Shown here piece after piece: positions 10,104-20,600 of a DNA stretch of 64,000 bases. This DNA comes from Candidatus Latescibacterota bacterium (GTDB lineage: Bacteria > Latescibacterota > UBA2968 > GCA-2709665): NCBI GenBank assembly GCA_963667175.2, contig CAXXXF010000003.1:32001-96000 (forward strand), written 5' to 3'. The notes beneath the pieces are model-generated. The model was not told where the DNA came from and did no database searches. It was given only the letters and a program-made list of their open reading frames with translations. The translations under genes were made by a program, and so were the position numbers. Positions within the stretch are counted from its first letter, which is position 1. Every line of letters starts with the position of its first letter.

Positions 10104-10147
10104 CACAAAAGAGCAGCCGATCCAATAGAGATGGGCTGCTCTTTGTG
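10104..10147. terminator. hairpin with flanking A/T runs, probable bidirectional terminator
   Basis: CACAAAAGAGCAGCC..GGCTGCTCTTTGTG between the convergent YeiH remnant and HNH gene. Confidence 0.55.
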
Positions 10148-10274
10148 GAATTGTAAAAATCGGTCGATTTGACCGGTTCACATGAAGGTCATTGGTGTAT
10201 GCGCGCGCGTGTGTTCGGTGCCAGATTCGGCGAACTGCAACCAGCGCGCAATCAGGCGGACGTCGGACATCGGA

Positions 10275-11030
10275 TTAAATCCACTTTTGGGGCTCTTCTG
10301 ACAGGATAGCTTCGCCCAACGGGCCAAAGTACGACCGATTGGTCGTGAAGAAGGGATTCAACCGGTCGTTCCCATCCGGCGTCAGTACAGAGCGTATCCA
10401 GGCAGCCATCATATCCGGATTGTCCAGATCGTCAATATGCCCGGATTCTTCCTCAAGACCATTCCACCGCTTCTCCCGCTGCAACCGCAATCGTTCCGCG
10501 TTGAGGTTCAGAATCTCAATGGTACGGGTCACACGTTCTGCAGAAAAACCAGTTCGTTCGCAATTCGTGTCGTCTGCTTCAATTTGCCCGTTGTCAACGA
10601 TCTTAAAAAGCGATGGCAACGCAGGTAATTTTCGGGGGTCGACGAAATCTGCGTCATTCTTATTTCCCTTCGCCTGACCGCAGCAAATGTTGCGTCTTGA
10701 AGGCCTCGTATAGCGTTCCTCTTCGTCGATTTGCCTGGTTCCACCCACGCAGCATGCAACCAAGTTGGCTACGTCAGTCGCCTTCTGTTTGCCATTGTCG
10801 TCTTCGCTCTGCGGAATCACATGTTCAACCTGACGACGCCAGTCATTGATCGCAATTTCACAGTACGCGCAGATTCCGTGTTGATTTTGAGTCAGGGCCT
10901 CCCTCAGTTCGCAATAGGACGCTCCCGAATTATGGGAACGAAACTCATTCCAATTCGCTTCTTCCCCCACTTCTTTGAGATATTGGGCAAGTCCGGAAGT
11001 CGGCGTTTTCAATTGCCTGATGACCTTCAT
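10275..11030 (-). CDS. HNH endonuclease, TIGR02646/PtuB-like
   Basis: QHGICAYCE, VEHVIPQS, NLVACC, CGQAKG, TIEILNLN; 4-nt overlap with the upstream ATPase. Confidence 0.85.
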   Translation of the reverse strand: MKVIRQLKTPTSGLAQYLKEVGEEANWNEFRSHNSGASYCELREALTQNQHGICAYCEIAINDWRRQVEHVIPQSEDDNGKQKATDVANLVACCVGGTRQIDEEERYTRPSRRNICCGQAKGNKNDADFVDPRKLPALPSLFKIVDNGQIEADDTNCERTGFSAERVTRTIEILNLNAERLRLQREKRWNGLEEESGHIDDLDNPDMMAAWIRSVLTPDGNDRLNPFFTTNRSYFGPLGEAILSEEPQKWI

Positions 11031-12307
11031 TGGGACTCGCCTATCTTCCTGAACAGTTTGCGTCGCTTGATTTCAAGGTCTGCACGATCAAGGGCAGGAT
11101 CGTAGGGGGATATTTCTTCCAGAATTTCTCGAAGCGCCAGGGCTTCATTGGACTCCCACTGCTCCTCTCTTATCAGACGCCGGTATTCGTCCAGCGCCTT
11201 TGTGAAGCGGTTCCCGGGCGGCCTCTCGTTTACGCCCATCACGACGGAAAGGACGTCTCCCGCCTCGGCGCCATACGTTGCTCCCTCTGGTGCCCGGGCA
11301 ACAATCCGGTCGCCGTCACGACAGAGTTCCACGATGCGTTTCGGCTCTACCGTGGTCAGCACCTGTGGGCTGTGGGTTGAGACGATGAACTGCGCGTTCG
11401 GAAAGGTCCTCAGAAGATCGGCAAGGATGCGCTGCTGCCAGGCTGGATGCAAATGCAGTTCCACCTCGTCAATCAAGACAATTACTTCGGATTCGAGGGG
11501 ATTGTCGAGGTGCGGATTGCCCTGCGCCATCCGCCGCGCCAGGTCGGCCGCCAGCGCGAGCACGATGCGATAACCCCCACTTAACTGGTCGAGAGAGAGC
11601 GTTTCTACGTGCCCCTGATCAGACTTCCATGACACCACAAAACGGGGTGGATTCAACTCGGTACGTGGATTGGACACTTCGGGAAGCATCGATGATATCG
11701 CCTGCCGAACCACGGATACATCCTTTAACTGATAATTGAAATCCCGCCGCTCCTTTTGCCTCCTCAACTCCTCGTCTTCCTTGAAATAGAACCACGTTAG
11801 GAGACCTCCGAAGTCCGTGCGAGCGTCAAGCGCCCCCTTCAGCGCGGCGAAACGAGGGAATTTGACTTTAGGATCGTTTGGCGCCTTCGACAGGCCAGAT
11901 ACCATGCGATCTGTGCTATAAAAGGCCGCAATGGGTAGATCGGCTTCATTTGCCTCAGGGCCCCTGAATTGCCTGTCCAGAAACTGAACCAAAGCGATCA
12001 TCCTCTGTTGGACCAGGCGGTCATCCGCCTGCCTGCCCCCTTGCCGCTCCCAAGAGTTTCCATCCATGTCGGTGGTTGAGACCCTTGGCACCCCCGCGCC
12101 TTCGCGCTGATCCTCTTCGCTGAATTCCAGGTCCGTTACATCCGACAGCAATTTGGGAATCGCTCCAAGGGCCATGGCAATTGCATGCAAAACACTTGTC
12201 TTACCGTACCCATTGGCGCCGTGAAACACCGTAAGCCGCGGATCCATCTGCAGTTTGAGTTGCTCAATGGCGCGGTAGTTTTCGATTTCCACGAATCTCA
12301 GCTTCAC
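11027..12307 (-). CDS. ABC-family AAA ATPase, PtuA-like (Septu/retron-effector type)
   Basis: Walker A GANGYGKT, signature LSGG, Walker B LIDEVELHLHP.WQQ, H-loop STHSPQV; GTG start after AGGAGG. Confidence 0.88.
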   Translation of the reverse strand: MKLRFVEIENYRAIEQLKLQMDPRLTVFHGANGYGKTSVLHAIAMALGAIPKLLSDVTDLEFSEEDQREGAGVPRVSTTDMDGNSWERQGGRQADDRLVQQRMIALVQFLDRQFRGPEANEADLPIAAFYSTDRMVSGLSKAPNDPKVKFPRFAALKGALDARTDFGGLLTWFYFKEDEELRRQKERRDFNYQLKDVSVVRQAISSMLPEVSNPRTELNPPRFVVSWKSDQGHVETLSLDQLSGGYRIVLALAADLARRMAQGNPHLDNPLESEVIVLIDEVELHLHPAWQQRILADLLRTFPNAQFIVSTHSPQVLTTVEPKRIVELCRDGDRIVARAPEGATYGAEAGDVLSVVMGVNERPPGNRFTKALDEYRRLIREEQWESNEALALREILEEISPYDPALDRADLEIKRRKLFRKIGESQ

Positions 12308-12383
12308 GACCGCCCCTCCTTTGTCGAAGGTCAACAAAAGGGCTTATTTGTCGATCCTATGCCTCAATACTTGCTTCGGCACT

Positions 12384-13460
12384 TCATACCTCGTCGTCAA
12401 ACTTGGTGAATACGCCCTTCAATTTTTCGACTGTCGTGACCCATCTTTGCTGCTTGGGTTTGCATACGGTGTTTTGGTTGCCAAACATACCAGGCTCGTG
12501 AACGGCTTGGTCCAATGAGACAGTATCGAGCCACTTGACCGGCACGAAGTATTCCATCAAATCGGGATCGTCTCCAAGATCGCGGTGGTGTTTCGCCTGC
12601 AACACCTCGAGTGCTGGACGTCCGTTAATCTCAAACTCTTCAGCCGACTGCCGCGGCCCACCAATTCGACGGACGCCCACAAAGCCCTTGCGTGGAACCT
12701 TTACCCATACGCGGGCATCCTTCTCCAGCATTTTCAACGAACTGCTATACCATTTACCACCGCCACCGGAAATGAAGCCATATTTTACTGCTTCGTTCCA
12801 ATCGCGGTCTTCGTCGTGACCGAAACAAGCATAGAATTCATTGTTCCATACCAGCCTTTCGCGGGGAATAGAGGTCGGGGATTCCGAAGAATCCTTGGGT
12901 TCTAGCAACCAAGCACGGCTGAGGAATTTCGTGTCGCCATGCTGGAAGATTTCAAACGTAAGCACGTTGATCGGAACGTTCAGTCCGTTGAGATATCGTA
13001 CAATTCGCTCGCTGCTCGGGTCCAACGTTGAAGCCACGACAACCAACTGGTGGGAATGATTAATCGGCTCATCCTCTTCGTCCAAGACTCGATCGAACCG
13101 AGTTCGAAAGTCATCGCTAAGTGATGCATTGGCGTTTTTGCTTTGATAGATTTCGACCACCTCTTCAGGCTTTAGGTTTGCAAGCCATAGCGCGTAGTCA
13201 AGCGTCTGAGCAATCACCTCCCGCGGTGTTTTGTCGCGCTTCAATTCAATCAGAACCAAAGAGGCATCGTCAGCAATGGCTAACAAGTCGACAAGTCCGG
13301 TACCCGTATGTATCTGGCGACCGATTAGCATCCAATCGTCTGATAGGATCTCAGGTTCGGATACTATCATGTCCTCCAGTTGTCTTTCGTTGGCAAGCAT
13401 AGAAGTTCGGACCTTCAAAGGCGGCTATTCGACTGTCCAGAGTGTGTGTTGGATAGGCAT
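12384..13460 (-). pseudogene. endonuclease NucS/DUF91-like PD-(D/E)xK protein with an in-frame TAG at codon 12
   Basis: ATG 13460 with GGAG RBS reads MPIQHTLWTVE*PPLKV..; then DLLAI..LIELKR..Q.LDY nuclease motifs; TAG at 13425-13427. Confidence 0.72.
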
Positions 13461-14004
13461 AGGATTGCTCCGTTAAATCGGGTGCGACCGGTCGGTCGCC
13501 GGTTGTGATTGCTGCTTCTTTTGTCAAAACCTACGTGCCCACATAGAGGGGAACAACTGTCCAACCTGACATTGCGCTAGATTACGGACGTAAACCGGGA
13601 GATTTTGATGCTCCTTGACGAAGGTCGAGAATGTTGTGCCCGGATTCGGAATCGGTTGAGAGCTTTAAGAGGTAGTGCCTCGCCCTGGCGTTGTTTGTCT
13701 TGTAAGGTTTTTCAATTCGCTGGAAATCATAGTCCACTCCTGCCAAATCCCCTTGTTATGATCGGATTAGATGGGTAGTATATGGTACATAAGAATTCGA
13801 CGGTATCAAAAGGATTTCGAATCAATCCCCGTGCTTTGTTGCCGTCGCGAAATGAAGAGCTTTCAATCAACAAACGGAAACAATCGAACACCAGGGCCGA
13901 GGGCGAAGTTTCGAGTTGTTTTTATAGTCATCCTTGGTTTTTCTGCGTCCGGCCACCCACGCTCGCTATACCTGTGAGTTGATCTCTCAAGTGCAGGAGT
14001 CACG

Positions 14005-14931
14005 ATGAACGAACTTCAGGCGGATCTATTTGATCCAAAAGAATTGGATGCGATTGGAGTTTCTCCGATTCCCGCAGTGAACGTGGCCTCGGTACCGCAG
14101 CGGAGCCCTCTGCGATATCCGGGCGGGAAAACCTGGCTGATCCCGCATATCCGGGTTTGGCTTCGGGAGAAGAAGCCAAAGCCTCGGCTGCTCATCGAAC
14201 CGTTCGCGGGGGGTGGGACCGTTTCGCTGACCGCTGTAATGGAAGGGCTGGTGGACCGATGTCTCATGGCGGAGCTCGACCATGACGTGGCCGCGTTCTG
14301 GCAGGCGGTATTGAAACACGGTCCCGAACTTTGCGCTATCGTCATGCGTTTCGAGCCGACGCGTGAAGCGGTAAACGCGGTTGCGAGCAGGCGCCCTCAA
14401 AGCCTGCTGGAACATGGTTTTCGTACTCTCCTGTTGAACCGGACGCGCCGGGGCGGCATACTCGCTCCGGGCGCCTCACTCAGCCGCGCGGGAGAAAACG
14501 GAAAGGGTGTTGGGTCCCGCTGGTATCCGGAGACAATCGTCAATCGCTTGTGGGCAATTGCGGATCACACCGATCGATTCGAATTCCGGGAAACGGACGG
14601 CATGCGCTTATTGGAAGGGTTCGTTGCGAAACGCGGGTGTAGCTCGGTGGCGAATGCCGACTCTGTGGTTTTTGTAGACCCGCCGTACACGGCCGGAGGC
14701 AAGCGTGCAGGCAAGCGGCTCTACGCCCATAACGAGGTTGATCATCCGAAGTTGTTTGAAGTGCTTGCGGATAGCGGTACGGATTTCCTGATGACCTACG
14801 ACAGAGCGCCGGAAATCGTGTCCTTAAGTGAAAAATTCGGTTTCCACGCGGTCCGGGTCATTATGAAGAATACACATCACGCGAGAATTCCGGAACTGAT
14901 CATCACACCCACTCCGGTGTTTGTCCATTGA
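14005..14931 (+). CDS. D12-class N6-adenine DNA methyltransferase (Dam-like), no adjacent REase
   Basis: SPLRYPGGK, IEPFAGG (motif I), DPPY (motif IV); AGGAG RBS. Confidence 0.9.
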   Translation: MNELQADLFDPKELDAIGVSPIPAVNVASVPQRSPLRYPGGKTWLIPHIRVWLREKKPKPRLLIEPFAGGGTVSLTAVMEGLVDRCLMAELDHDVAAFWQAVLKHGPELCAIVMRFEPTREAVNAVASRRPQSLLEHGFRTLLLNRTRRGGILAPGASLSRAGENGKGVGSRWYPETIVNRLWAIADHTDRFEFRETDGMRLLEGFVAKRGCSSVANADSVVFVDPPYTAGGKRAGKRLYAHNEVDHPKLFEVLADSGTDFLMTYDRAPEIVSLSEKFGFHAVRVIMKNTHHARIPELIITPTPVFVH

Positions 14932-15187
14932 CCGCGAATAGCATCGCGGAATGGTATGGGCAGCGGTCCCCTGTTCGACTGATTTAGCCCGTCCCTCGAA
15001 GTTGCCGTATTGCCAACCCGGCTGTAGTCCCCTGAACGCCTGTCCGCAGCCCCCGGCTCCGTTACAACTTGCCGTCCGTGCGTTTTTCTTCGTAATTTAC
15101 GGGCCGCCGCCTATTCGCGCCAGGCAGTCGCGCAATTCAGCGCGCGATCACGTTACGCTGATGCGCCTCGATATCTGGGAGTCTAAC

Positions 15188-15964
15188 ATGGAATCATTAC
15201 CCCTGCTTTCCGGTGACACGATGCCCGTGGTGGGCCTCGGGACCTATCCGCTGAAGGGCGAACAGTGCAAGCGGGTGGTCAAACAGGCCCTTGACCTCGG
15301 CTACACCCACTTCGATACCGCCTGGATCTACCGGAACCAGCGGGAGATCGGCGAAGCGCTCCGGGAGGCCGGCGTAGACAGGTCCAGGCTGTTCATCACG
15401 ACAAAAGTCGGTCAAGATTACCTGCGATACGACGTGGCCGTCAGACAGGCGGATGAGAATCTGCAGCTTCTGCAGATGGACTACGTGGATCTGCTGCTGG
15501 TGCACTGGCCGCCCGATGACGTGCCGATGCAAGAAACCATCGGCGCCTTCAACACCGTCTTCGACGCCGGCAAGGCCAGAAGCATCGGCGTCAGCAACTT
15601 CTCGGTCGAGCAGATGAAGGAGGCCTGTCGCGTTTCGAAAGCGCCGATCAGCGTCAACCAGATCAAATACCATCCGGGCTATGAACTGCGCGACGCGCTG
15701 CGGTGGTGCCTCGAACACGACGTGGTCGTGACCGCCTACTCGCCCCTCGGGAAAAAGAACATCCTTCAGGACCCCGTATTGACGAATATCGCCCGCAACC
15801 ACAACAGAACGTCCGCGCACGTCGCGCTCAGGTGGCTGATCCAGAAAGGCATGAACGTCATCCCGAAAGCCAGTTCGGAACAGCACCTCCGGGCCAATCT
15901 GGACGTCTTCGACTGGACCCTGTCCGAGGGTGAAATGGCGGCTATCGACGAAATGGCCGATTAG
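15188..15964 (+). CDS. aldo/keto reductase (2,5-DKG reductase-like)
   Basis: GLGT, DTA..Y, TK, LLVHWP, IGVSNF, AYSPL, IPKAS; GGAG RBS. Confidence 0.92.
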   Translation: MESLPLLSGDTMPVVGLGTYPLKGEQCKRVVKQALDLGYTHFDTAWIYRNQREIGEALREAGVDRSRLFITTKVGQDYLRYDVAVRQADENLQLLQMDYVDLLLVHWPPDDVPMQETIGAFNTVFDAGKARSIGVSNFSVEQMKEACRVSKAPISVNQIKYHPGYELRDALRWCLEHDVVVTAYSPLGKKNILQDPVLTNIARNHNRTSAHVALRWLIQKGMNVIPKASSEQHLRANLDVFDWTLSEGEMAAIDEMAD

Positions 15965-16024
15965 CCCCTTTCGCGTTCTTTCAGCGGAAATTTACATGGA
16001 TGGACAGGAAATGCAGGATGGAAC

Positions 16025-17164
16025 ATGACCTATGACGCCATTGTCATCGGCGGGGGCATCGTAGGGACGTCCGCCGCCTACCATCTCGTCCGCGCCGGGG
16101 CGAGGACCCTGCTCATCGACCGGAGGGATAAGGGCCGCGCCACGGATGCAGGGGCCGGCATCCTCTCTCCCGCCACCAATACCCGGGACCCGGACCCCTG
16201 GCAGCGCCTGGCCGCTCATGCGGTCGGATATTATCCCGGACTGATCGAAAACCTGAAGGCCGAACAGGAGGGAGAGACCGGGTTTGCCGTCTGCGGCATG
16301 ATGATCGTCGCCGTCTCCGACGACGAACTGGAACCCTTCGACGTCGCCCGCCGGCACATTTTCAGCCGCCGGAGCCGGCAGGGCAGGCCCTCCGCGGAAG
16401 ACCTCTACGAGATATCGTCCGAGGAAGCCCGCAGCCGGTTTCCGGTCCTGGCCGACGTGCGGGGGGCCGTCTACTACCGCGAGGCAGCGCGCGTGGACGG
16501 CCGGCTCCTGACGGCCGCCCTGCGCCGTGCCGCGGAGGCCAGCGGCCTCACCGCCCGGGAGACGGGCGCAGAAGGGCTGCGAATCGACAACGATGCGGTC
16601 ACTGGCGTCGTCACGGACGCGGGGGCCGTATCGGCGGCTCACGTGGTTATCGCCGGCGGCGCGTGGTCGCACGCGTTCGGACGTCAACTGGGGGTGCAGA
16701 TCCCGGTGGAACCGCAGCGAGGCCAAATCATCCACCTGGGACTTCCGGACACCGCCGATACGTCATCCTGGCCCATCATCAGCGCCGTTCGCGGCCACTA
16801 TATGGTGCCCTGGCCGGACAACCGGGTGGTGGTGGGCGCCACGCGGGAAACCGGCTCCGGATTCGATGCCCGCACGTCGGCCGCGGGTGTGCGGGAGGTG
16901 CTCGGCGAGGCACTTCGGGTGGCGCCCGGCCTGGCCGCGGCGGAGATTCGCGAGATCCGGGTCGGCCTGCGCCCGTATACGCAGGATCTGTTGCCGGTGC
17001 TCGGCGACGTTCCCGGCCGGAGAAACGTCTACCTGGCAACCGGCCACGGGCCCACCGGCCTGCAACTGGGGCCGTACAGCGGCAAACTCATTGCCGACCT
17101 GATTCTGAATAGAGATCTTCCGGTTGAGCTGGATGCTTATCGAATCACTCGATTTCTGTCCTGA
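16025..17164 (+). CDS. FAD-dependent oxidoreductase, D-amino acid oxidase/glycine oxidase family
   Basis: IVIGGGIVG, AGAG, AGGAWS, GLRP, ATGHG..G motifs. Confidence 0.9.
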   Translation: MTYDAIVIGGGIVGTSAAYHLVRAGARTLLIDRRDKGRATDAGAGILSPATNTRDPDPWQRLAAHAVGYYPGLIENLKAEQEGETGFAVCGMMIVAVSDDELEPFDVARRHIFSRRSRQGRPSAEDLYEISSEEARSRFPVLADVRGAVYYREAARVDGRLLTAALRRAAEASGLTARETGAEGLRIDNDAVTGVVTDAGAVSAAHVVIAGGAWSHAFGRQLGVQIPVEPQRGQIIHLGLPDTADTSSWPIISAVRGHYMVPWPDNRVVVGATRETGSGFDARTSAAGVREVLGEALRVAPGLAAAEIREIRVGLRPYTQDLLPVLGDVPGRRNVYLATGHGPTGLQLGPYSGKLIADLILNRDLPVELDAYRITRFLS

Positions 17165-17232
17165 GAGACCCGACGTCCGGCAAGGTCGCGGGAGAGAATC
17201 CATATCCGAGTCAGATGAACCTGGAAAAAGCG

Positions 17233-18234
17233 ATGGCCGCCCGAAACTTCAAATGTCTGGTCGTCCGCGACGAGGACGGCAAGTACGTCCGGCACGTGGA
17301 GCGCCGTACCGTCAACGATCTGCCGGACGGCGACGTACTCATCAGGGTCCACTACTCGTCTCTGAACTACAAGGACGCGCTTTCGGCCACCGGCCACCGC
17401 GGCGTCACCCGGCGCTATCCGCACACGCCCGGCATCGACGCCGCGGGCGTTGTGGAAGCAAGCACGGACGCACGCTTCAATCCGGGCGATGAAGTCATTG
17501 TCACCAGTTACGACCTGGGCATGAACACGCCCGGCGGATTCGGCCAGTACATCCGTGTACCCGCGTCGTGGATCGTGCCGCTGCCCGACGGACTTACCCT
17601 TCGGGAGTCCATGGTCTGCGGGACCGCCGGATTCACCGCCGCCATGTCGGTACACAGACTCGAATGCCACGGCATCACCCCGGACACCGGCGAGATTCTC
17701 GTTACCGGCGCTACGGGCGGCGTGGGCAGCATGGCCGTCGCCATCCTCGCGGGGCTCGGGTACACGGTTGTCGCGGCCACTGGCAAAGCGGACAGGGAGC
17801 GGTTCCTGCTCGACGTCGGCGCGGCCGAAGTCGTGGACCGCGGCGAGGTCGACGATGCCGGCGGACGTCCGCTCCTGGCGGAACGCTGGGCGGGCGTCGT
17901 GGATACGGCGGGTGGCAACATCCTGGCAACCGCCATCAAGTCGACGCGCAACCGGGGAATTGTGACGTGCTGCGGTCTCGTCGCTTCCGCGGAGCTAAGC
18001 GTCAGCGTCTTCCCGTTCATCCTGCGAGGCGTCAGCCTGCGGGGGATCGACTCCGCCGAGTGCCCGATGCCGGAGAGAACATCCCTCTGGAAAAAGATCG
18101 CGGGCCCCTGGAAGATCGACGCGATGGACGACCTGATGACGGAACGCACGCTTGAAACACTCGATCCGGAAATACAACGCATCCTCAAGGGCGAACAGAC
18201 GGGCAGGGTCGTCGTCAACCTGACAGAAGAATGA
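17233..18234 (+). CDS. YhdH/YhfP family MDR oxidoreductase (acryloyl-CoA reductase AcuI-like)
   Basis: YSSLNYKDAL, PGIDAAG, GTAGFTAA, TGATGGVGS, PFILRGV.L.GIDS. Confidence 0.88.
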   Translation: MAARNFKCLVVRDEDGKYVRHVERRTVNDLPDGDVLIRVHYSSLNYKDALSATGHRGVTRRYPHTPGIDAAGVVEASTDARFNPGDEVIVTSYDLGMNTPGGFGQYIRVPASWIVPLPDGLTLRESMVCGTAGFTAAMSVHRLECHGITPDTGEILVTGATGGVGSMAVAILAGLGYTVVAATGKADRERFLLDVGAAEVVDRGEVDDAGGRPLLAERWAGVVDTAGGNILATAIKSTRNRGIVTCCGLVASAELSVSVFPFILRGVSLRGIDSAECPMPERTSLWKKIAGPWKIDAMDDLMTERTLETLDPEIQRILKGEQTGRVVVNLTEE

Positions 18235-19232
18235 ACCGCGTGAAGATCGGCGTCATCGGCCTGGGTCGATTCGGCGTCCAGCACGCCCGCGTCCTGGCCC
18301 AGCTGCCGCAGGTGGAACTCACCGCGGTCTGCTCGCGCTCTGCCGAACGCGCCGCGAGTGTCGCCTCAACATATAATGTACCCGGGCATTATACCGACTA
18401 TCGCCACCTGATACGTGACCCCGACGTCGAGGCGATCGACATCGTCACGGAAGTGGACCGGCACACCGAAATCGCCCTCGCCGCGCTTCGGTTGCGCAAG
18501 CACGTCTTCAGCGAAATCCTGCTGACCGACAGTCCGGCTGAGAACGACCGGCTTATCGATGAGGCTGGAAAAAGCGGCGCCGTATTCATGGTCGGCTTCC
18601 TCGAGCGGTTCGACGTGCGGCGCGCCAACGTCAAACAGAAAATCGACGCGGGTGAACTCGGCGAACTCGTCTCCATCTACGGCCGTCGCAACATCTGGCG
18701 CGGGATTCTCGATGCACCCCGTTTCAGACCCTGGCCTCTCGTGCTGCAGCCCGGGATTCACACCGTCGACCAGTTGCTCTGGATGGCCGGAGAGGACGTC
18801 CGGGAAGTCTATGCCCGATCGCGCAGTGTGGCGGAACCGGGCCGTCCGGATACGTGGTGGGCCATGCTCACCTTCGAAAGCGGTCTCGTCGGCGTCATCG
18901 AACAGAGCTTCTTCATGCCCGACGGGCGGCTCTACTGGTCCAACGCGGGCCTGGAAGTGGTGGGCACGGACGGGACGGCTCACATTACCGAACCGAACGA
19001 CGCCGCCTGGGTCTGGACCCGCGAAGCGACGTCCAGCCCGGACCTGTATCTCTCGCCGGAACTGCACGGCAGGATCGTCGGCGCGCTGGAGCAGGAACTC
19101 GCCCATTTCGCGGACTGCGTCATCGGAGGTCGGGATCCCGATCACGGCACACTGCGGGATGCGCGCGACGCGCTCCGGGTAGGCCTGGCCATCGTGGAAT
19201 CCGCGCGCGAACAGCGGGCGGTCCATTTGTAA
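18231..19232 (+). CDS. Gfo/Idh/MocA family oxidoreductase
   Basis: GVIGLGRFG, VGFLERF, GIHTVD; ATGA overlap with the previous gene. Confidence 0.88.
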   Translation: MNRVKIGVIGLGRFGVQHARVLAQLPQVELTAVCSRSAERAASVASTYNVPGHYTDYRHLIRDPDVEAIDIVTEVDRHTEIALAALRLRKHVFSEILLTDSPAENDRLIDEAGKSGAVFMVGFLERFDVRRANVKQKIDAGELGELVSIYGRRNIWRGILDAPRFRPWPLVLQPGIHTVDQLLWMAGEDVREVYARSRSVAEPGRPDTWWAMLTFESGLVGVIEQSFFMPDGRLYWSNAGLEVVGTDGTAHITEPNDAAWVWTREATSSPDLYLSPELHGRIVGALEQELAHFADCVIGGRDPDHGTLRDARDALRVGLAIVESAREQRAVHL

Positions 19233-19248
19233 ATAGTGAGGAGATTGT

Positions 19249-20556
19249 ATGACGATTTCCAGCGACACCTACCGGATCGGCGTGGCCGGTGAAGACGTCA
19301 CGCCTCCGGTGGGCATCTTCCTGGCCGGGTTCGCCGCCCGCACCGAACCCTCCACGGCCGTCTATCATCCTCTGAAAGCCAATGCCGTTGCCATTGACGA
19401 CGGCAGCGATCCGCTTCTCATCGTCAGCGCCGAAATCCTGGGTTTCTACGAACACACGCCGCATGTCCGGTCCCGCATTTCGGCGGCGACGGGTATCGCT
19501 CCTTCAAACGTCATTCTGAGCGGGTCCCACACCCACTGCGGTCCCTGCATCCGCGACATGGACCGGCAGCGCCACGGCGAACTGGACGAGGACTACATCG
19601 AGGAATTCTTCGAGAAGGTCACCCGTTGCGCGACAACCGCGTGGGAAAGCCGGTCGCCCGCCCGGCTTCGTTTCGGGACCGGGAACTGCGATATCGCCGT
19701 ATCCCGCCGGAAACCCGACGGGAAGGGCGGCGTTGAATGGAAGCCCGGCGCCGAAGCGCCACACGACCACGACGTGCCGGTCATGATCGTCGAATCTCCC
19801 CTCGGTGAGCTCCAAAGCGTCATTTTCAACTACGCGTGCCACCCCACCAGCCGGGCCGGCACGCTCATCGGGGGCGACTACGTCTGTTTCGCCTGCGACC
19901 ACGTGGAATCGATGTACCCGGGCGTCACCGCGTTCTTCCTCCAGGGCTGCGCGGGAGACCAGAAAACAAAACCGGTCGACCGCGCGTCAGACACCTTCGG
20001 ACACCGGACGATCGATGAAATCCGCGACATCGGGGTCCAGCTTGGCGAAACCGTTGCCGGCGTCGTCGCGTCGGACGGTCTCGAGCCGGTTGGCGGTCCT
20101 GTTTCCGTGCGTCAAACCGTTCTCGGCCTGGATACCGAACCCATCGACATGGACCTCGTGAGAGCCGGCCTGAATGACAACCGGACGTTCGTGCAGGCCT
20201 GGGCCCGCCATCTTTTCGACTGCGTCGAGAACGAAACTCCGGTCGCCACCAGCATCCCGTTTGAAATCCAGACCGTGCGTTTCGGAAACACCCTGGCGGT
20301 CGTCACGCTTGCGGGAGAAATGACGGTCGAGCACGGCCTGCGCCTGAAACGGGAACTGGGCCCGCACTTCGGCAATGTACTGGCGCTGGCGTATACCAAC
20401 GACATTGTCGGTTACGTACCGGTCAGACGCCAGATCCCCGAAGGCGGCTACGAAGTCTGGTTCAGCCAGCAGTACTGGAAACGCACGGGACCCTACGTGC
20501 CCGCCACCGAAGACCGGATTCACACCGCCGTGAGACGGTCCCTCGACGTCACATAG
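19249..20556 (+). CDS. neutral/alkaline ceramidase-like N-terminal domain hydrolase
   Basis: DVTPP..LAGF, SHTHCGP, NYACHP, LQGCAGD, GYVP..EGGYE. Confidence 0.75.
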   Translation: MTISSDTYRIGVAGEDVTPPVGIFLAGFAARTEPSTAVYHPLKANAVAIDDGSDPLLIVSAEILGFYEHTPHVRSRISAATGIAPSNVILSGSHTHCGPCIRDMDRQRHGELDEDYIEEFFEKVTRCATTAWESRSPARLRFGTGNCDIAVSRRKPDGKGGVEWKPGAEAPHDHDVPVMIVESPLGELQSVIFNYACHPTSRAGTLIGGDYVCFACDHVESMYPGVTAFFLQGCAGDQKTKPVDRASDTFGHRTIDEIRDIGVQLGETVAGVVASDGLEPVGGPVSVRQTVLGLDTEPIDMDLVRAGLNDNRTFVQAWARHLFDCVENETPVATSIPFEIQTVRFGNTLAVVTLAGEMTVEHGLRLKRELGPHFGNVLALAYTNDIVGYVPVRRQIPEGGYEVWFSQQYWKRTGPYVPATEDRIHTAVRRSLDVT

Positions 20557-20600
20557 GATTGGAAAGGCCGAAACAATCCTGCATCTCTGGCTCGGCCGAT

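Noticed and set aside
10275-14004. Retron (Ec78-type) system
   Set aside because: The ATPase+HNH pair resembles retron effectors, but no reverse transcriptase (YADD/VTG motifs) or msr-msd inverted repeats were seen in the window
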